This document shows positions 34,613-48,096 of a DNA stretch of 64,000 nt, piece by piece. The DNA is from Vitrella brassicaformis CCMP3155 (Eukaryota > Protista > Chromerida), in contig CDMY01000231.1 of assembly GCA_001179505.1 (NCBI GenBank), forward strand, positions 62,001 through 126,000, given 5' to 3'. The notes beneath the pieces were generated by a model. The model saw only the letters and a program-made list of their open reading frames with translations. It had not been told where the DNA came from and searched no databases. How positions within the stretch are numbered: the stretch's first letter is position 1; every line of letters starts with the position of its first letter. Both the position numbers and the translations under genes were made by a program.

Positions 34613-36742
34613 ACAGACAGACAGACAGACAGTGGGTACCGGGCTGTCGAGGGCACAGCTTTAGTCATTTTCCTAGGTCCGTATATCGCATTCATCTGTG
34701 TCGGTTCTTTTCAGTGTCAATCAAGTGTTTCGTGCCTGTCCGTCCAGCGGCGGGACTCTTCCTGCCGGTTGTTGGACGGAGAGGGTGTTAAGCTGGCGGT
34801 CAGTGTATGTGTGTGTTGTATTTTGTGTCGATTTCAGCGTCAAGTGTATCTATCGTACCCAGATAGCTTGAGTGTCGTGTCTGTCTGTCCGGCTGCCTGC
34901 CTGTCTGTCTGGCTGGCTGGCTGCCTGTCTATCTATCTATCTATCTATCTATCTATTTATCTGTCTGCCTGTGTGTCTGTCCATGCACTGCGTTCGCCGG
35001 TTGGAAGCATGGCGGTGTGTGCAGTGCATGTCATGTGTGTATTGTACGTACGTACGTAAGTTGGCTGTTTTTGGTCACTGCGGCTGATGTAGCGCATCTC
35101 ATTCGTGTGTGCCTCACTCTAGTCACGGGTGCGGCCTAGCTCGCGGCGCAGCTCCACAATTGCATGGTGCTGTGTCTGGGCGTCGGTGAGGCTATTTCTC
35201 GTGCTGACTTCACTGCCTTCGGCAAGTGAGTGCGTTGTGACTGTCTGTCCTTGTTGAGGGCTGGCCCGCTGTCTTGCAAGACCCAACACATTCATCTGTT
35301 CGTGTGTGTTTTTCGTGTCGAAGGCGCGTGTGTGGGTGAGGTGACTTACTGTGTGTGTGGCTGGTTCATCGATGCATGTGGCTGGCTTTGCGGACGAGGG
35401 TAGAGCCTTTGCAATGGATGTGTCTTCGGACGGTCTGCTTGTGCCCTCTTGCACGTTGGGTGTTGATGAGACTTGGTTTATTACAGAGGTCATTCATTCA
35501 TTCATTGCAGATGGCGACCATCAACATAACATCCATGAGTCAACGATCCCGTGCCGACAGACAGACAGGCAGGCAGCCCCACACGCACCCAAGGCAGTCA
35601 GTATCCATATATATCACTCTCTCCGTCACACGGCATTCCGTCACTGTGTGTCCGAATACACCGACCGCATCACACACTCTTGTCTGCTGCCTCTCTGTCA
35701 GTTTGTTTGTCTCTCCACGTGTCACTCACTCTCTCCATTGCCGCATCTCTCGCGACAAAACAAAAAGATTCCCCTTTCCGAACCGGTCGGTGTGGGCGCC
35801 CAGCCGGCCATGAATACATATAGCCGTATGCACCGCCACCGGCCAAAAAGGCGAAAAAAAAAGGGAAGCCATCTCATCACACACACGGAGCTAGGTCGTG
35901 GGCCATGGCAGGACGACCAGCTGCTCGATGGTACACATAAATACGCAGCATGCATATGCTCTCGCTCTCTGTGTTCAGTGCTTGTGCGTGGTAGCGAGCC
36001 ACAGAAGAACGGGGCAGGCAGCCAAATCGACACAGACAGCCAGTTAGTTAGTTACACGCGCACTCAGGCGGCCACTCTTTCGGCAACACAGACGGACAGA
36101 CAGACAGACAGCGGCATTCCATTCATTCAAACCGACATGCACAGCAGATTGCATTCATGCCATGAATGGAGTGGGTGTTTCTGTGTGCTGGTATGGTATA
36201 TTCGTCTGTCTCTGTCTCTCTCACTTCCACTCAGTCAGTCAGCCATCCAGCCACTCGTACGCACACCCGACACCAATCAGCCAAGGGGCGGCCAAAAAGA
36301 CGTCCCAATTCGTTAGTTAGTTAGTTAATTCTGCCCTCCTCGTGTACCCTTGCTCGAGGAGAGAGTGGCAGACACAACCGCCATTAAATGCGATGCTCGA
36401 TATCGCAGCACAACAGACGGGACAGGCCGATCCTATTGCACACACACAGAGGCAGTCAGTTGACTAAGGGAGAGGGAGAGGGAGAAATGTGGTTAAGATA
36501 TAGGAAGATGTGCTTGTTGTGTTCGGTGCGCTTATGCGTGGGAGTGAGAGCCTCGCTTGCTGACGAAGAAAAAGCCTCGCTCAGACCAGACTATCCTCAT
36601 CTGACATTCCATGCAGCATCCATCCAGCAGCCAGCCCAGGCACAACACATCTGGGTCGGTCAATCTATGGCAGCCCCTCAGCCAGGCCATCCATCCATCC
36701 ATCCATCCCCCAGCCAGTCCCCGTGTGTTGGCCTGTCTGTCT

Positions 36743-37777
36743 TCACTCTTGGTAGGTGGCCTTGGCAGCCGCCCCCCACAGGATCGCCCCCATCAGCCCG
36801 TCGCCGTATCCGGCGCGCACCGCGGCAATGCCCGTAGAGGCGCAGGGCAGCAGCCGGGTCTCGCGCCACTCGTGGGTGATGGCGCTGCCGATCATGACGG
36901 GCAGGTATCCCATGGACCGGTACTTGGCGTACTCGGCCGGCTCGACGGGTCCGGGCGGCGACGGGCAGAGGTTGACCATCTCCAGCCCGTCGCCAGGCCG
37001 GCTGGAGAAGGCCTCGAGCTTGCGGGTGTGCGGGCCGCTCATGACCCAGCCGATGACCACGTGGCCGCCACACGCCAGGTGGGTGACGTAGATGAGGGTG
37101 CTCTCGTCGATACACGTCCCGCCCAGCCCGACGGTGGCTTCGGTAGTGCGGAAGAAGGCCTCGAATGGCACCATCTCGGGCGACACGACGGGAGGAGGGT
37201 CGTACGATGTGCAGTTGGTGACCTGTGTGAAAAACGGGATCATGGCGCCTGGTGTGGCGGGTTGAAAAGGGTCATACTCACCTTCTCGACAGGGTCATCG
37301 GCAGGTGGCACATGCACGGCGTCCAACGACTGAAGGCCATCCCCAAAACGTCCTGATGCGCACAGCCACACAGACAACCACACATGGCTTCTTAGGTGGT
37401 GGGTGTGCTGTGTGTCGCATATGCGGGTGTACCAGTAGGTGTGGCGTCGGGCTTGATCTCTGGCGACGAGTCGTCCTTCGTCGAGGCCGCAGACAGAGTG
37501 CTGAAGACAACGAAAGGAACAGACGCCATGTGAGCCCATCGATGGGCACACCTCTCTTCCTGACAGTGCTTTGGCCGGGCGTACCTGACTTTGCGCTCGA
37601 CTTTGCGCCACACCGTCCTCCCACGTCCACGGCGCTTCGTCAAAGAGCGTCCCTGAAGCATGCAGTGTGTAACAGGCGATAGGCACAGCAATGCATCGGG
37701 ACGGGCATGCATGTCCTCTGGCAGCCCCGAGTCCGTCTCCTCCTCACCTTGGCAGTCATCGCACTCACCAGCGGCAT
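36743..37777 (-). CDS. Hypothetical multi-exon protein; start uncertain
   Basis: Open terminal exon 36743-37222 (VTNCTSYDPP...) preceded by the in-phase exon GRFGDGLQSLDAVHVPPADDPVEK. 5' exons ambiguous. Confidence 0.45.
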
Positions 37778-38001
37778 CCCGTCAACAATAAGGGCGAAAC
37801 AGAAGCAAAACAGAAGAGAACGGTCGAGTGAAGGAACGTGAGTAGCTTCAGTGGGTCAAGAGTTAAGAGCCAGGCCTGAGAAACAGCCTCAACACGTTCC
37901 AACGTGCCACTTTTAATTGACCTGGGCTAGGGTACGTGGCTTCCGTGTAGCTCTGGCGAGCTGCGGGCGCATTCGACGTGAGAAGTAAGGATCACAAGGA
38001 A

Positions 38002-39484
38002 ATGGGTGCTAATGTGAGCAGAAGAAGCAACGACGAGGACTGGCCATCGATCCGTGGCCAGCAGCCGGACTTCATTCATCGAGAAGAGCGGGACAGGCTA
38101 CACAAGCTCAAGGACTTGGGCGTCCTCAGATCCACCGCCCTCTTCCTATCGCATGTCGACTTCGAGACCGACGTGCTGCGCCACCGCCTCACCCGCGCTC
38201 TGCACGACACGACACTCGCTGACGGGACGCGGCTGGACACGGTGCTGACGTTCGATGATGCGCAGCTGGAGGACCAGCTGCTGCTCCAGGTACACATTTG
38301 AGAGGAGGAAAGAGGCGAGTTCATTCATGGGTCCATTGACGTGTCGGTCCATCTACCAGGCCATGTACTTGGTTGAGGATCAGAGTTGGGACGAGGTGGC
38401 CGACGCACTGCGGCTGGCGAGCCAGCTCAGCTACTGTGAGCTGCCCGTCAACATCACACAGCAAGATCTCGAGAAGCACCATAGCAAAGAGGTGAGCATG
38501 ATGGGTAGGTAAACGGCGATGGGGTCGGTGAGGGCCGGCCTTCATCTGTCCATTTGTTCTGATATGTGTCAGACATATTTGGCTGACCCTCGTGTCGTGG
38601 CGTTGTGGAAGATGGTCGGGCGGCACGTCAACTTTGGTGGCGAGTTGGGGCGTTTCGAGTTGTTCACTCACGGCAATGGCGCGCTGCGGGCCATCAAGGA
38701 GGAGGAGGACTTCACCGTCGATCTGACTCCCCTTTCCCCACACCATCAGTTCCAGCAACACGCCAACCCCCAGGACCCTCCCACCCGTCACCGCATCTAT
38801 GTCGATGGCAACGGCAACTGGGAGGCGGGGGCTCATGGCCTATTCACCGACGACTCGTTCTCGACGCTTCTCATGGGAATCATTCTCGTGCCGACCTTTG
38901 GCGACATGAGGAGGACCACTAAAGTCGTCTCCCGGTCAGTCAGTCAGTCAGTTAGTCGAGATGGGGCTATTCTGTTGTGTCATGTACTCTCCGTGATTGA
39001 CCTATGTGTGTGTGTGTGTGCGTGTCTGCAGCGATGCTCGCGGCGGCGTGTTGGCGCATCTGCTCAATCAGCCGCCCAATCAGGCGGCGGGAGGGACCAC
39101 GTCCGTCCTGACGTACACCCACGACGACACACCCATGAAGCTCCTGCTGGTGACGCCCTTCGACTGCCCATTTATCGCATTCGTCATCATCACTGCATTC
39201 GCCCCTCCAAATGGTATCACTGCATTCGCCCCTCAAAATGGTATGTTCCACGATTGTGGTTAGCCCAGACAGACATACACACCTCTTTTCTCATGTCATG
39301 TGTCCCGTCTTGTCTGTCTGTAGTGCAAGTGTCGGTGTCTACGACCGAGACGCCTGCAGCGGGGGTGGCTGAGAATGCGCCCTTCAAGCAACGCTTCCCC
39401 CGCACCACCGCCCTGGCGCGCCCCGTCCTAGGTCCCATAGCGCCCATCGTATTCGACGGAGAAGACCCCAACCAGGATGCTTGA
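38002..39484 (+). CDS. Lineage-specific expanded-family protein, compact copy, with a possible N-myristoylation start (MGANVS)
   Basis: Five spliceable exons; strong similarity along its length to the minus-strand gene 39887-44865 (LADGTRLD, CELPV.ITQQDL, MVGRHV..GGELGR, APFK.RFP.TTA). Confidence 0.75.
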
Positions 39485-39886
39485 TGGTGCCTTGCCTGGT
39501 CTTACAGATGGCTGGTTGTCTGCGTGTCTGGTTGTGCGTCTGTCTGCCCCGAGGCTGCCTGTGTGTGTTGTTGATACTTGGTTAGACGTGTGGATGGGAC
39601 TCCCTGCGTGCTTCGTGACGTCTATGTACATCTTTTGCTGCTGGACGAGAAAATTCTTTTGTTGCGCCCTCATGCAATGCAATGCAATGCATCCATATGG
39701 ATGGATGCACACAAGATGATGAGATGATCAACCGGCTGTCTCACCCATCACGCGCCACAGCCTCCCACCACCCGCTGCTGCTGCACACGGAAAAGATGGA
39801 TGGACACATAGACGATGGGCTGCGCTGCCCACTAGATCGTCCTCTCTATCTTCCTTCGTCTCTGCTGGTGTGCCGCCCGCGTCGAT

Positions 39887-42800
39887 TCACGCACCAACAA
39901 CTGCCGCACCCTGCCCGGCACCACCACCTGAACCTGAGACATACACAGACAGGCATGCATACATCGACCATGTCCAGTTACCATACCCACACCGATCTGA
40001 ATCACCTGTGCCATGGCTATCGTCTCCATCGTCATCTTCATCCTCTTCAGGGTCCTCGTCGTCGAAAATGATGGCAGCGATGGGTCCCAGCACCCGGCGC
40101 GCCCTGGCGGTGGTCAGGGGGAAGCGCCGCTTGAAGGGCGCATCCCCGCCCACACCAGCGACGGCCCTCTCAGAAGTGCACACCTCGATACAAACTGCAG
40201 TCAAACAAGGCCAATCAGGATCAACCGTCTCATTGCTGTGTCCGTCGGTCCGTCCGCCTATGTGTGCGCACCATATTCATCGTCATAGACTGACAGGCTG
40301 ATCCACGCCATGAAGTCGTCGGTGTAGGACGTGAGCACCAGCACCCGCTCCTGGTAGCCCTCCGGCTCCACACCTTCATAATCATCGTCACCCTCTTCGT
40401 CGCCCTCGCTATCCTCTTCGCTATCCTCTTGGCTCCCACTGTCGTCCGACTCTTGGTCGGACTCCTCGCCCATCGCGTCTGGGTGGCGCATGGGACGGTC
40501 GACGATCGGCGCGGGCTGGGGTCGCCCTTCATCTTGGTCAATATCGAGGCCAAGGACGACCTCCGGGGGTAGCTCTGCCTCGAGGCTCTCACGGAAGGTA
40601 TCCACCTCTTCATCGATGGCGTCTGCCCGCCCGTGTGTGTATGGATGGGGGCGGCTGGGGAAGGGTGGAGGGGGAGCCGGATGGTCTGAGTCGAGGCCAA
40701 GGACAACTTCTGGTGGAAGGGCCGCCTCGAGGCTCTCGCGGAAGGCGTCAGCATTATCATCCTCGACGGGCGTACTGACTACGTCTTGGTGGAGGGGCGT
40801 GGCGGGCCTCGGCAGGATCGCTCGGCCCATCCGCTGCATGCCTTGGCCCTCCTCCAAGCCGGGAGCGAGTGCGATTCGATCGCGCAGCAACGCTGTACGA
40901 CACATGTAGGAACAATACACACACACAAGTAGTGTGTGGACCCATTCAGAAGTGTCGCTCGCTTGCTGCCGCTTACCGATGTCATTCGACAGAATGTCCT
41001 CGGCCGCCCTGCTGTCGGCGATCTGTGCGGTGATGCTCTGAATCCGATGGTCAATGTAGTCCCTCTGCGCCCGCAGGTCGCTGAGCTCCGTCAGCATCGC
41101 CGGCAGCAGCTGCTCGATGCGACCCAGACGAGTGCGCTTGTCCTCCAACTCGTGCTGCATCCTCGCGATGAGCGTGTGGCTGGTACTCATCTCGATGTTG
41201 CAGTGGCGCACTGGTGCGTCCAGCCCTCCTTCTGAGTCGTCATCGGAGCTGTGATCGGCTGCAGGTGGGTTGGGATCGTCGCCCATGTGGCTGCTGTCGG
41301 CCAGCTGCAAGCTCCTCTCCCCGCCACCGGCACACGCCCTCGACTGGTCCTGGAAATCCTGAACACACACACACACACAACACAGGTAGGTGATGAGATG
41401 GGTGTGGCGTAGTCGCTGTGTGGCCACTCCTGCCGCGACTCGCTCACCCACCCAGCCGCGCACCAGTATGAGCATTTTGTTGATGATGAGTTTGATGAGG
41501 CCGAGGAGGACCTTCCTGGCCTCCACGTTGGGGCTGTCGAAGGGCACCTCGTTCTTGCCCACCCAGCCCTCCCCTTTGTTCTTGAGAGCGTCCACCGCCC
41601 ATGCCTCGACCTCCTTGCGGCTGCTCTCCTCGTCCGCTGCAGCAGTCGTGTTGCCCGTCGCCCGCATGAACATGTCCAGGCTGTCTCCACTCAGGCAGTG
41701 GATGGCACCGCGGAGGTGGGCATCGACGATGCGGTTCCAGTTCTGCTCGGCCCGCTCTCGCGCCTCCCTGATGCGCACCCCCATGAAAGACGTAGCGGCC
41801 TGGATGGCCACGTCCATCTCGCAGTGTTGGTCGGTGATATGGTCCGCTGCCTCCTGACAGATGATCTTGATGAGCTCGCTGTCCTCCTGCTCGACCATGA
41901 TGCGGTCCATCAGCTGCCGGAGGTCCTCAGTGTACTGCCGCCCTTCCTCACTGGCCGCCTGCTCCTTCTGACTCGTCTTGGTCTCCTTGCCCTCACCATC
42001 GCGACCCCTGCCGCCTGCAGACGACGACGCGCCACTGTCGCTGCCGCTTTTGCTGCTATCGTTGAGTTTGTTGTGGTAGTTGGCAATGAACCTTTTGACG
42101 TGGCCGTGGAGCTGAATCTGCTGGTTCTGCATCCGCTCGGTGCGCAGACGGTCGTTGAGTGCCTGAGGGTGGAAGCGGCGCATGGAGGCCTCCACTCTAA
42201 TGCACTGCCGGATCCGCCGTGCATCTTCAGCGTCGTCCTCAGATTCGCTGACGGCATTACCCTCCAGGGGACGGAACTGGAAGCCGCGGCTGTCATCGTC
42301 GGCACTGTCGCTCTCCGCCGCTTCATGCGCCTCGTCGTTGTTGTCGTCATGAGGCAAAAGAGGGTGATCCACTTGGCGACAGGAGGGACCATTGTCCGGC
42401 AGTGCACCATCAGTACCAGTGCCGACACTCGACCCACTGCCCCCAGAGCTGCCTGTTGCAACTTGATGGGCGTCGAGATCGGGTGGTAGGGGCGGGTGGA
42501 TGGCGGGAGAGACGGTAGGGGACACACGAGAGGACCTCGGCCTGTCGTCAGACGGCTCGCCACGACCCTCACGCTGACCCACGCCCCTCTCAGGATGGCC
42601 GCCCGAGGGTGAGCGAGGAGGGTGGAGCTGCGATGGACGCCCTGTGGCAGGGATGGCGATGTCCTCGGTGGACGTCCCCTGCGCCGGCTTGCTCTTGCCC
42701 TCACCACCCATGGGGGCCTTGCCGTTGCCTCGGGTGGACGTGCACCGCGCGATGATGCCCACTGCAGCAGCCCTGTCGCTTCGCTGCCCTCGATGCCATC

Positions 42801-44371
42801 GCGACATGTAGTCGTCTGGGTCGCTGTCAAGCTCCTCACCTCCAGATGCCTCCAGCCCGCGGTTGGGCTGCTGCTGGTCGCTGCGAGTCGCTGGTCGCAC
42901 CATGTCGTTGGCCCTGGCCAAGATGCCTAGCAGATTCGACGCGAGCACCTTGTTCTTGAGTGCGGACGATGCCGCAGGGCTGATTTCGTCGGCCTGGTTG
43001 CCCATTGCAGCAGCCCTGTCGCTTCGCTGCCCTCGATGCCATCTCGACGTGTAGTCGTCTGGGTCGCTGTCGAGCTCCTCACCTCCAGATGCCTCCAGCC
43101 GGTTGGGCTGCTGCTGGTCGCTGGTGCCCTGTGGCTGCGGGGCGGGGAAGGTGTGTGGTGGGGCCCCCACGTCTTGGCGTGGGAGGTGCGGCAGCTCTCC
43201 GCTGTCCCTCTCCGCTTCCCTCGATCGACCGACGTCCTTATGGCCCTGATGGTGGTCGACCGACCGCTGCCGCACATCCGTGTCGAGGTGACGGGCCTCA
43301 TGCATGTGGGGTATGTCGTCACTGTCGGTGCTCTCTGAATCGATACTAGACACGTCGTCCAGCAACGCCAGCCATCGCTGACCAACCTCCGGGCTATCAG
43401 ACTCACGTCGGCCCTCGATCGCCCTGCCTGGACAACAAACACAGCACACGACACATCACAACACACTCGCAGTGAGCACAGCTGGCGATGGATGCTTCGT
43501 ACACGTGTATGTCTGTCGATCACCTTGCGAAGGATCGTGAGATGAAGGCGCGCCGACGGGAGGGCGTCCCACGCCGCCCGGGCTCTCATCCACGGGCTGT
43601 GTCGGCTCCGTCGGGCCGCCACCGTTCACGCCAGCCGCACCAGCAGCCGCAGCAGCAGCACACTGACTGCCGGACGCTGCCCGCATTTGGTGAGTCAATT
43701 GCGCTTCCAGCCGACCCTTCACCTCGTTGAGGTAGTCGGAGTGCAGCTCGCCGCTGGCCACTTCGAGGGGCTTGGAGGCCTCCTCTTCGCCTGCATCATC
43801 GTCAGACGACTTGTCGTCGTCCACCAGGCACTCCCAGGCCATGACAGTGCAGCCCTCCACTGGCTGGCGGGGAGGCCGGGTGAAGGTGCGATTGATCCAG
43901 CCACCCCGAACATGCCTGAAAGTAGAAAACACAAGGGGACTGACTGAAAAAGTCAGTCAAAGTGGCTGGGCTGAGGTGGGTCGAACGGTCGCTTACAAGA
44001 TGTAGTCTTCATACTCGCATTTGGTCATCATGTCTTCGCGAGGGCACATGATGGTCGTCTTGATAAAGGTCGAGAAGGACAACTCCACCACCGACCTCTG
44101 ACCCGTCATCCCCACCCAACTCCTGCTCTCGTCATCATAGCTCAATCCGTGACGGAGCGGCGGGTCTTCTGGGTCGACATGTGGCTGGAAGCGGTGGGCT
44201 GGGGGGAGGGACAGCTTGATGGCGAAGGCCGGCTCGTCCTTCAGCATGCGCAGCTCGCCACCCGGCCGCTCAAACAGCTCCAGTCGCCCCAGCTCGCCAC
44301 CCAAGTCTACGTGCCGACCAACCATCAGCCACTGAGCTACCACACGTGGCCTGGACAAATATGCCTGACAC

Positions 44372-44402
<31 letters not shown>

Positions 44403-44865
44403 GAGAGATGCACGGCCCCATCCTCCCAGCTCCCCCATCGCCCATGCGCACCTGTTTGCTCCGGTGCTTCTGCAGGTCTTGCTGTGTGATCATCACTGGC
44501 AGCTCACAGAAGCCGCTCTGGTGACCGAATCTCAGTGCGTCCCCCACCTCATCCCATCTCTGGTGCTCCACCAGCCAAAGGGACTGCAACAGCAACCGGT
44601 CCCCAAGCTGCTGGTCGTCGAATGACAGAATGGCATCCAATCGAGTGCCGTCTGCAAGTTTTGCATGACTAAGGGAGTGGGCAAGGCGGCTGCGCAGCAC
44701 GGCTGCCGGGAAATCGATGGCTGAGGCGAAAAGGGCTGCTGATCTGAGAGTGCCGAGGTCTTTCAGGGTATGGAAGCGGTGTCGGCTGTCCCTATGGATG
44801 AAATCTATCTCATGGCCGTCCTTGTGTGGCGGGTCCGTGCTCTTGCTGCTGATGGTCCCTCCCAT
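39887..44865 (-). CDS. Same family as 38002-39484 but with a ~1100-aa low-complexity/coiled-coil insertion; starts MGGTIS
   Basis: Family N-half at 44865-43995 and C-half at ~40370-39887. They are joined through phase-compatible GT-AG junctions (TT|GTAAG to G-CAT, phase 2; CAAG|GT to GC-AGG, phase 1; TATG|GT to TT-TGT, phase 1) and the 1063-aa ORF. Confidence 0.65.
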
Positions 44866-44908
44866 GTTTCCAGATGGCTCAGTCAGGGGACCATCCGTGA
44901 CCCCTACT

Positions 44909-45704
44909 ATGTACAGGAGCCTTGGCCGCCTCTTTCGCTTTCTTTTTTTCTCGGCCGCAAGCTCGCCCTCCGTGAAACCGCTGCGAGGAGTGAAACTGCT
45001 CGTCGCGCCAAGAAAAGGCCGAAAGAAAGGCAAGGAGAAGATGCAGCTGACGAGGATGTGCCGCAATCTTCTCGATGCCAGCCCAACTCCCGGTGCTGTG
45101 AGTGCGCCGAGCAGATCTGAGCCTGTGATGCGCATGAATCCATGGACCTTGGCGAGAGCCGTCAGCAAGGCCGCCAAGTATGCAAGATGCAACCATCACG
45201 CCAGCGACTCACCGATGGTATGCTGTGGTTTGTGTTGGTATGAATCATGTCTGTGTGTGTGCAGGGAGAACATTCGTGAGGTGTCATTGTGGAAGGGCTT
45301 TGCAGCGCGGGCCAAGGAGGTGTCGGCCAAGCTGCAGCCGACAGACATGTCCATGATCCTATTCGGATTCGCCAGGATGCGATACAGAGGCGCGTGACTG
45401 TTCACCTCACAACCAGACCGACACACACATAACCGGAGGCATCCCTTCTCCCATTCTTTGTCCGTTTGTTCAGATCGTGAGTTGATGTCTTTGATGGCCA
45501 AGGAGCTGGTGCCGATGCTGCCCCTGTTTGCCGCCTCTGACATCGCCTTCTTCCTCTCGTCCTATGCGCGGCTGCAGCTGCAGAACGCCTTCCTCTTCAA
45601 CATATTCGCCCGTGAGGTGGCCAGGAAGGTACACGACTTCACGCCAAGAGAACTCAGGTCAGTAACAAACTGACAACGGAGAGAGCGGAGGAACGGGGAA
45701 GTGT

Positions 45705-45739
<35 letters not shown>

Positions 45740-47870
45740 CAGTGAGGTCGTGTATGCGTACGCTGTAGCCCAGTTCCACCCCCCCCTGATGTTCGATGTC
45801 ATCCGCAAACGCATGTTTGAGGTCGCCAGGCACATGGAGCCATGGTTAGCATCATCATATCCCAGACAGACACATACGTGTGTATAGGCATTTATTCGGC
45901 TTCTCCCTGTGTGTGTGTGAAGGCACCTGACGCTTGTGGTCAACGGGTATGCGCGTCTGGGTTTGCTGGACACGCGGCTGTTCGCCCTGCTGGCTACTGA
46001 GATATCCCGGCAGATCGGCGCCTTCCCTGCACGGCCGCTTGCACTCATCGCCAATGCATACGCCAGGCTGCGAATAGAGTGAGTCAGTGAGGGAACAACG
46101 AGATGCTCCATCGGTCGGCCGGTGGGTCGCTCGCTTGTGTGCATATTTTATGTGTGTCCAGGAATCGGTTTCTGTTGGAGGTGTTGGGCGATGAGATATT
46201 TCGGAAGAGGGCAGACCTGTCGCCTCAGGTAGGGGGCCGCCTAAGGGAGAGCCAGGGGAGAGCCAGGGGAGAGCGGTCTGCATAGGATTGCTGTTTGTTT
46301 GTGTGGTTGATCCGGTCGATTAGGGTGTTGCGTTGGTGGTGAATGCCTATGCACGGCTCAACATCGTCAACCCTGTCCTATTCGACTACTTCGCTGACGT
46401 GAGGCGACGTCAGCAAAAAGACCGAAAGATCGACAGACCACCGTCAAGTCTGGCTGTGTGTGTCTGTGTATCAGGCGGTTCCAGCGAGGATGTCGGAGTA
46501 CCATCTCCACTCTCTGTGTCTGATCGGTGCGGCCTATGCTCGGCAGCAGCACACCGCCCCCCGGCTGTTCGAGGCCATGGGCGAGCGGATCGGGCAGCTC
46601 TCGGCTGAGCTGTACCCGAGAGCCGTCGCATCGTGTGTCTTCTCCTTCGCACAGGTGGCTGACTGACATACACTCACATCACATACACTTTCGCACTGAG
46701 TATTTGTGTGAATGAATGAGTGGACGTATGTGTGATGTGATGTGTGTGTGATTGTCTGTCTGTCTGTTTCCCACTCAGCTTGGTGTCCGTCACGGCCCCC
46801 TCCTCTACCACGCCCCCATCCATGCCGAGCGATTCGCGTCATCCTACACCTGCGACGAGCTCGCCATGCTGGCACAGTCCTACGCCCACCTCTCCATCAA
46901 CAACACCACCCTCTTCCAGACCATCCTGGGCCAGATGCACCGTTTTGCGATGGTGGCCATCGATGTCAGTGGCACAGAAGACAGCTCCGATTACCATGGC
47001 GAGAAGGCCTTCGCCAGCCAGCCACAGGGGGAGGTTAAAGGCAGCGGGGCCGTGCGAGATGGGCAGGAGTACGTGGATGCGATTGCCCGGTCGGAGGGCA
47101 CGAGTGAGGGGCGGACTGCCCCGCCGTGTCGGGTGGTGTCCCTCGTGTGGCTGCTGCAGGCCTTCGCGAAGCTCCACATATTCGATGACCAGGTCAGGGG
47201 GACTGCTCCCAAGAGACACAGCCGGGCAGTTTCTTGTTGCTTACGTGTGTTGTGTACGTGTGTGTGTTCAGGCATTTGACATTCTGGGTGATCAGTTGGG
47301 CCTCCGTGTGGAGGAGCTGACGCCCCCAATGATAGCACACGTGCTGTACTCGTTCGCCCAGTGCACCTACTTCCACCCGAGAGCCCTCAGTGCCATCGTC
47401 AACCACCTCCAGGTACTCACATCACATCTGCTCTATTCTACCGCCTGAATATCATCCCATCTCCATCCATCCATCCATCCATCCATTGGCTGCGCATCCA
47501 TCGTCCATCTTGGTCCATTCAGTTGCACCGTGCGTCTCTTCACGAGTTCGGCCAGGAGGAGCTCGATCTGGTCCGTGTGTCGCTGATTGCCCTCGGCTGC
47601 TCAGTCGACATGACTCACCAGCACTCGCCCGAGCCCGTCTTCACCTACCGGCCCCCATCGCACCTGCAGCTGGCGACGACAGACGGGGCGGGGGAAGGGG
47701 CGGAGGTGGATGCGCCCGTGCACATGAATTTCAACGTGGTGCTGCCGTCCTCAGTGCCGCACAAGAGGTTCCAGGCACAAACCATTGAACGGCCCCCCTT
47801 CGTGCTGCCTGACGTGGGAGCAGCCCAGGGCACAGGCCAGGGGCAGCAGCAGCACGACGCCAATAAATGA
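44909..47870 (+). CDS. Heptatricopeptide repeat (HPR) organellar RNA-binding protein, likely mitochondrial
   Basis: Basic, acid-free N-terminus MYRSLGRLFRFLFFSAASS. Tandem 37-aa helical repeats (FAASDIAFFLSSYARLQLQNAFLFNIFAREVARKVHD / FTPREL.EVVYAYA.. / MEPWHLTLVVNGYARL.. / FPARPLALIANAYARL). Confidence 0.8.
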
Positions 47871-48096
47871 ACTGTGTGGGTGGCCTGGCAGTGCATGCCG
47901 GGCATGGACGCAGATAGATAGATGGGTGGATGGGTGCAGGTGTGGTGGGGTGGGGTGGCTGCGGCCCATGTCGATATGAATGAATGATGATCATTTCAGG
48001 GGTGCGCGCTTTTCAGCGTCTCGCTCACCCACCCCCCTCCACCCCCCCGTCTCTCCCGACCTCCCTGACCCTCTCCCTTGTCAGCAAACCAGAACA

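Noticed and set aside
35119-36316. 124-aa and 321-aa ORFs in the 35-36 kb interval
   Set aside because: Composition is dominated by microsatellite-type sequence (THT/DRQ repeats) with no domain or consistent exon chain.
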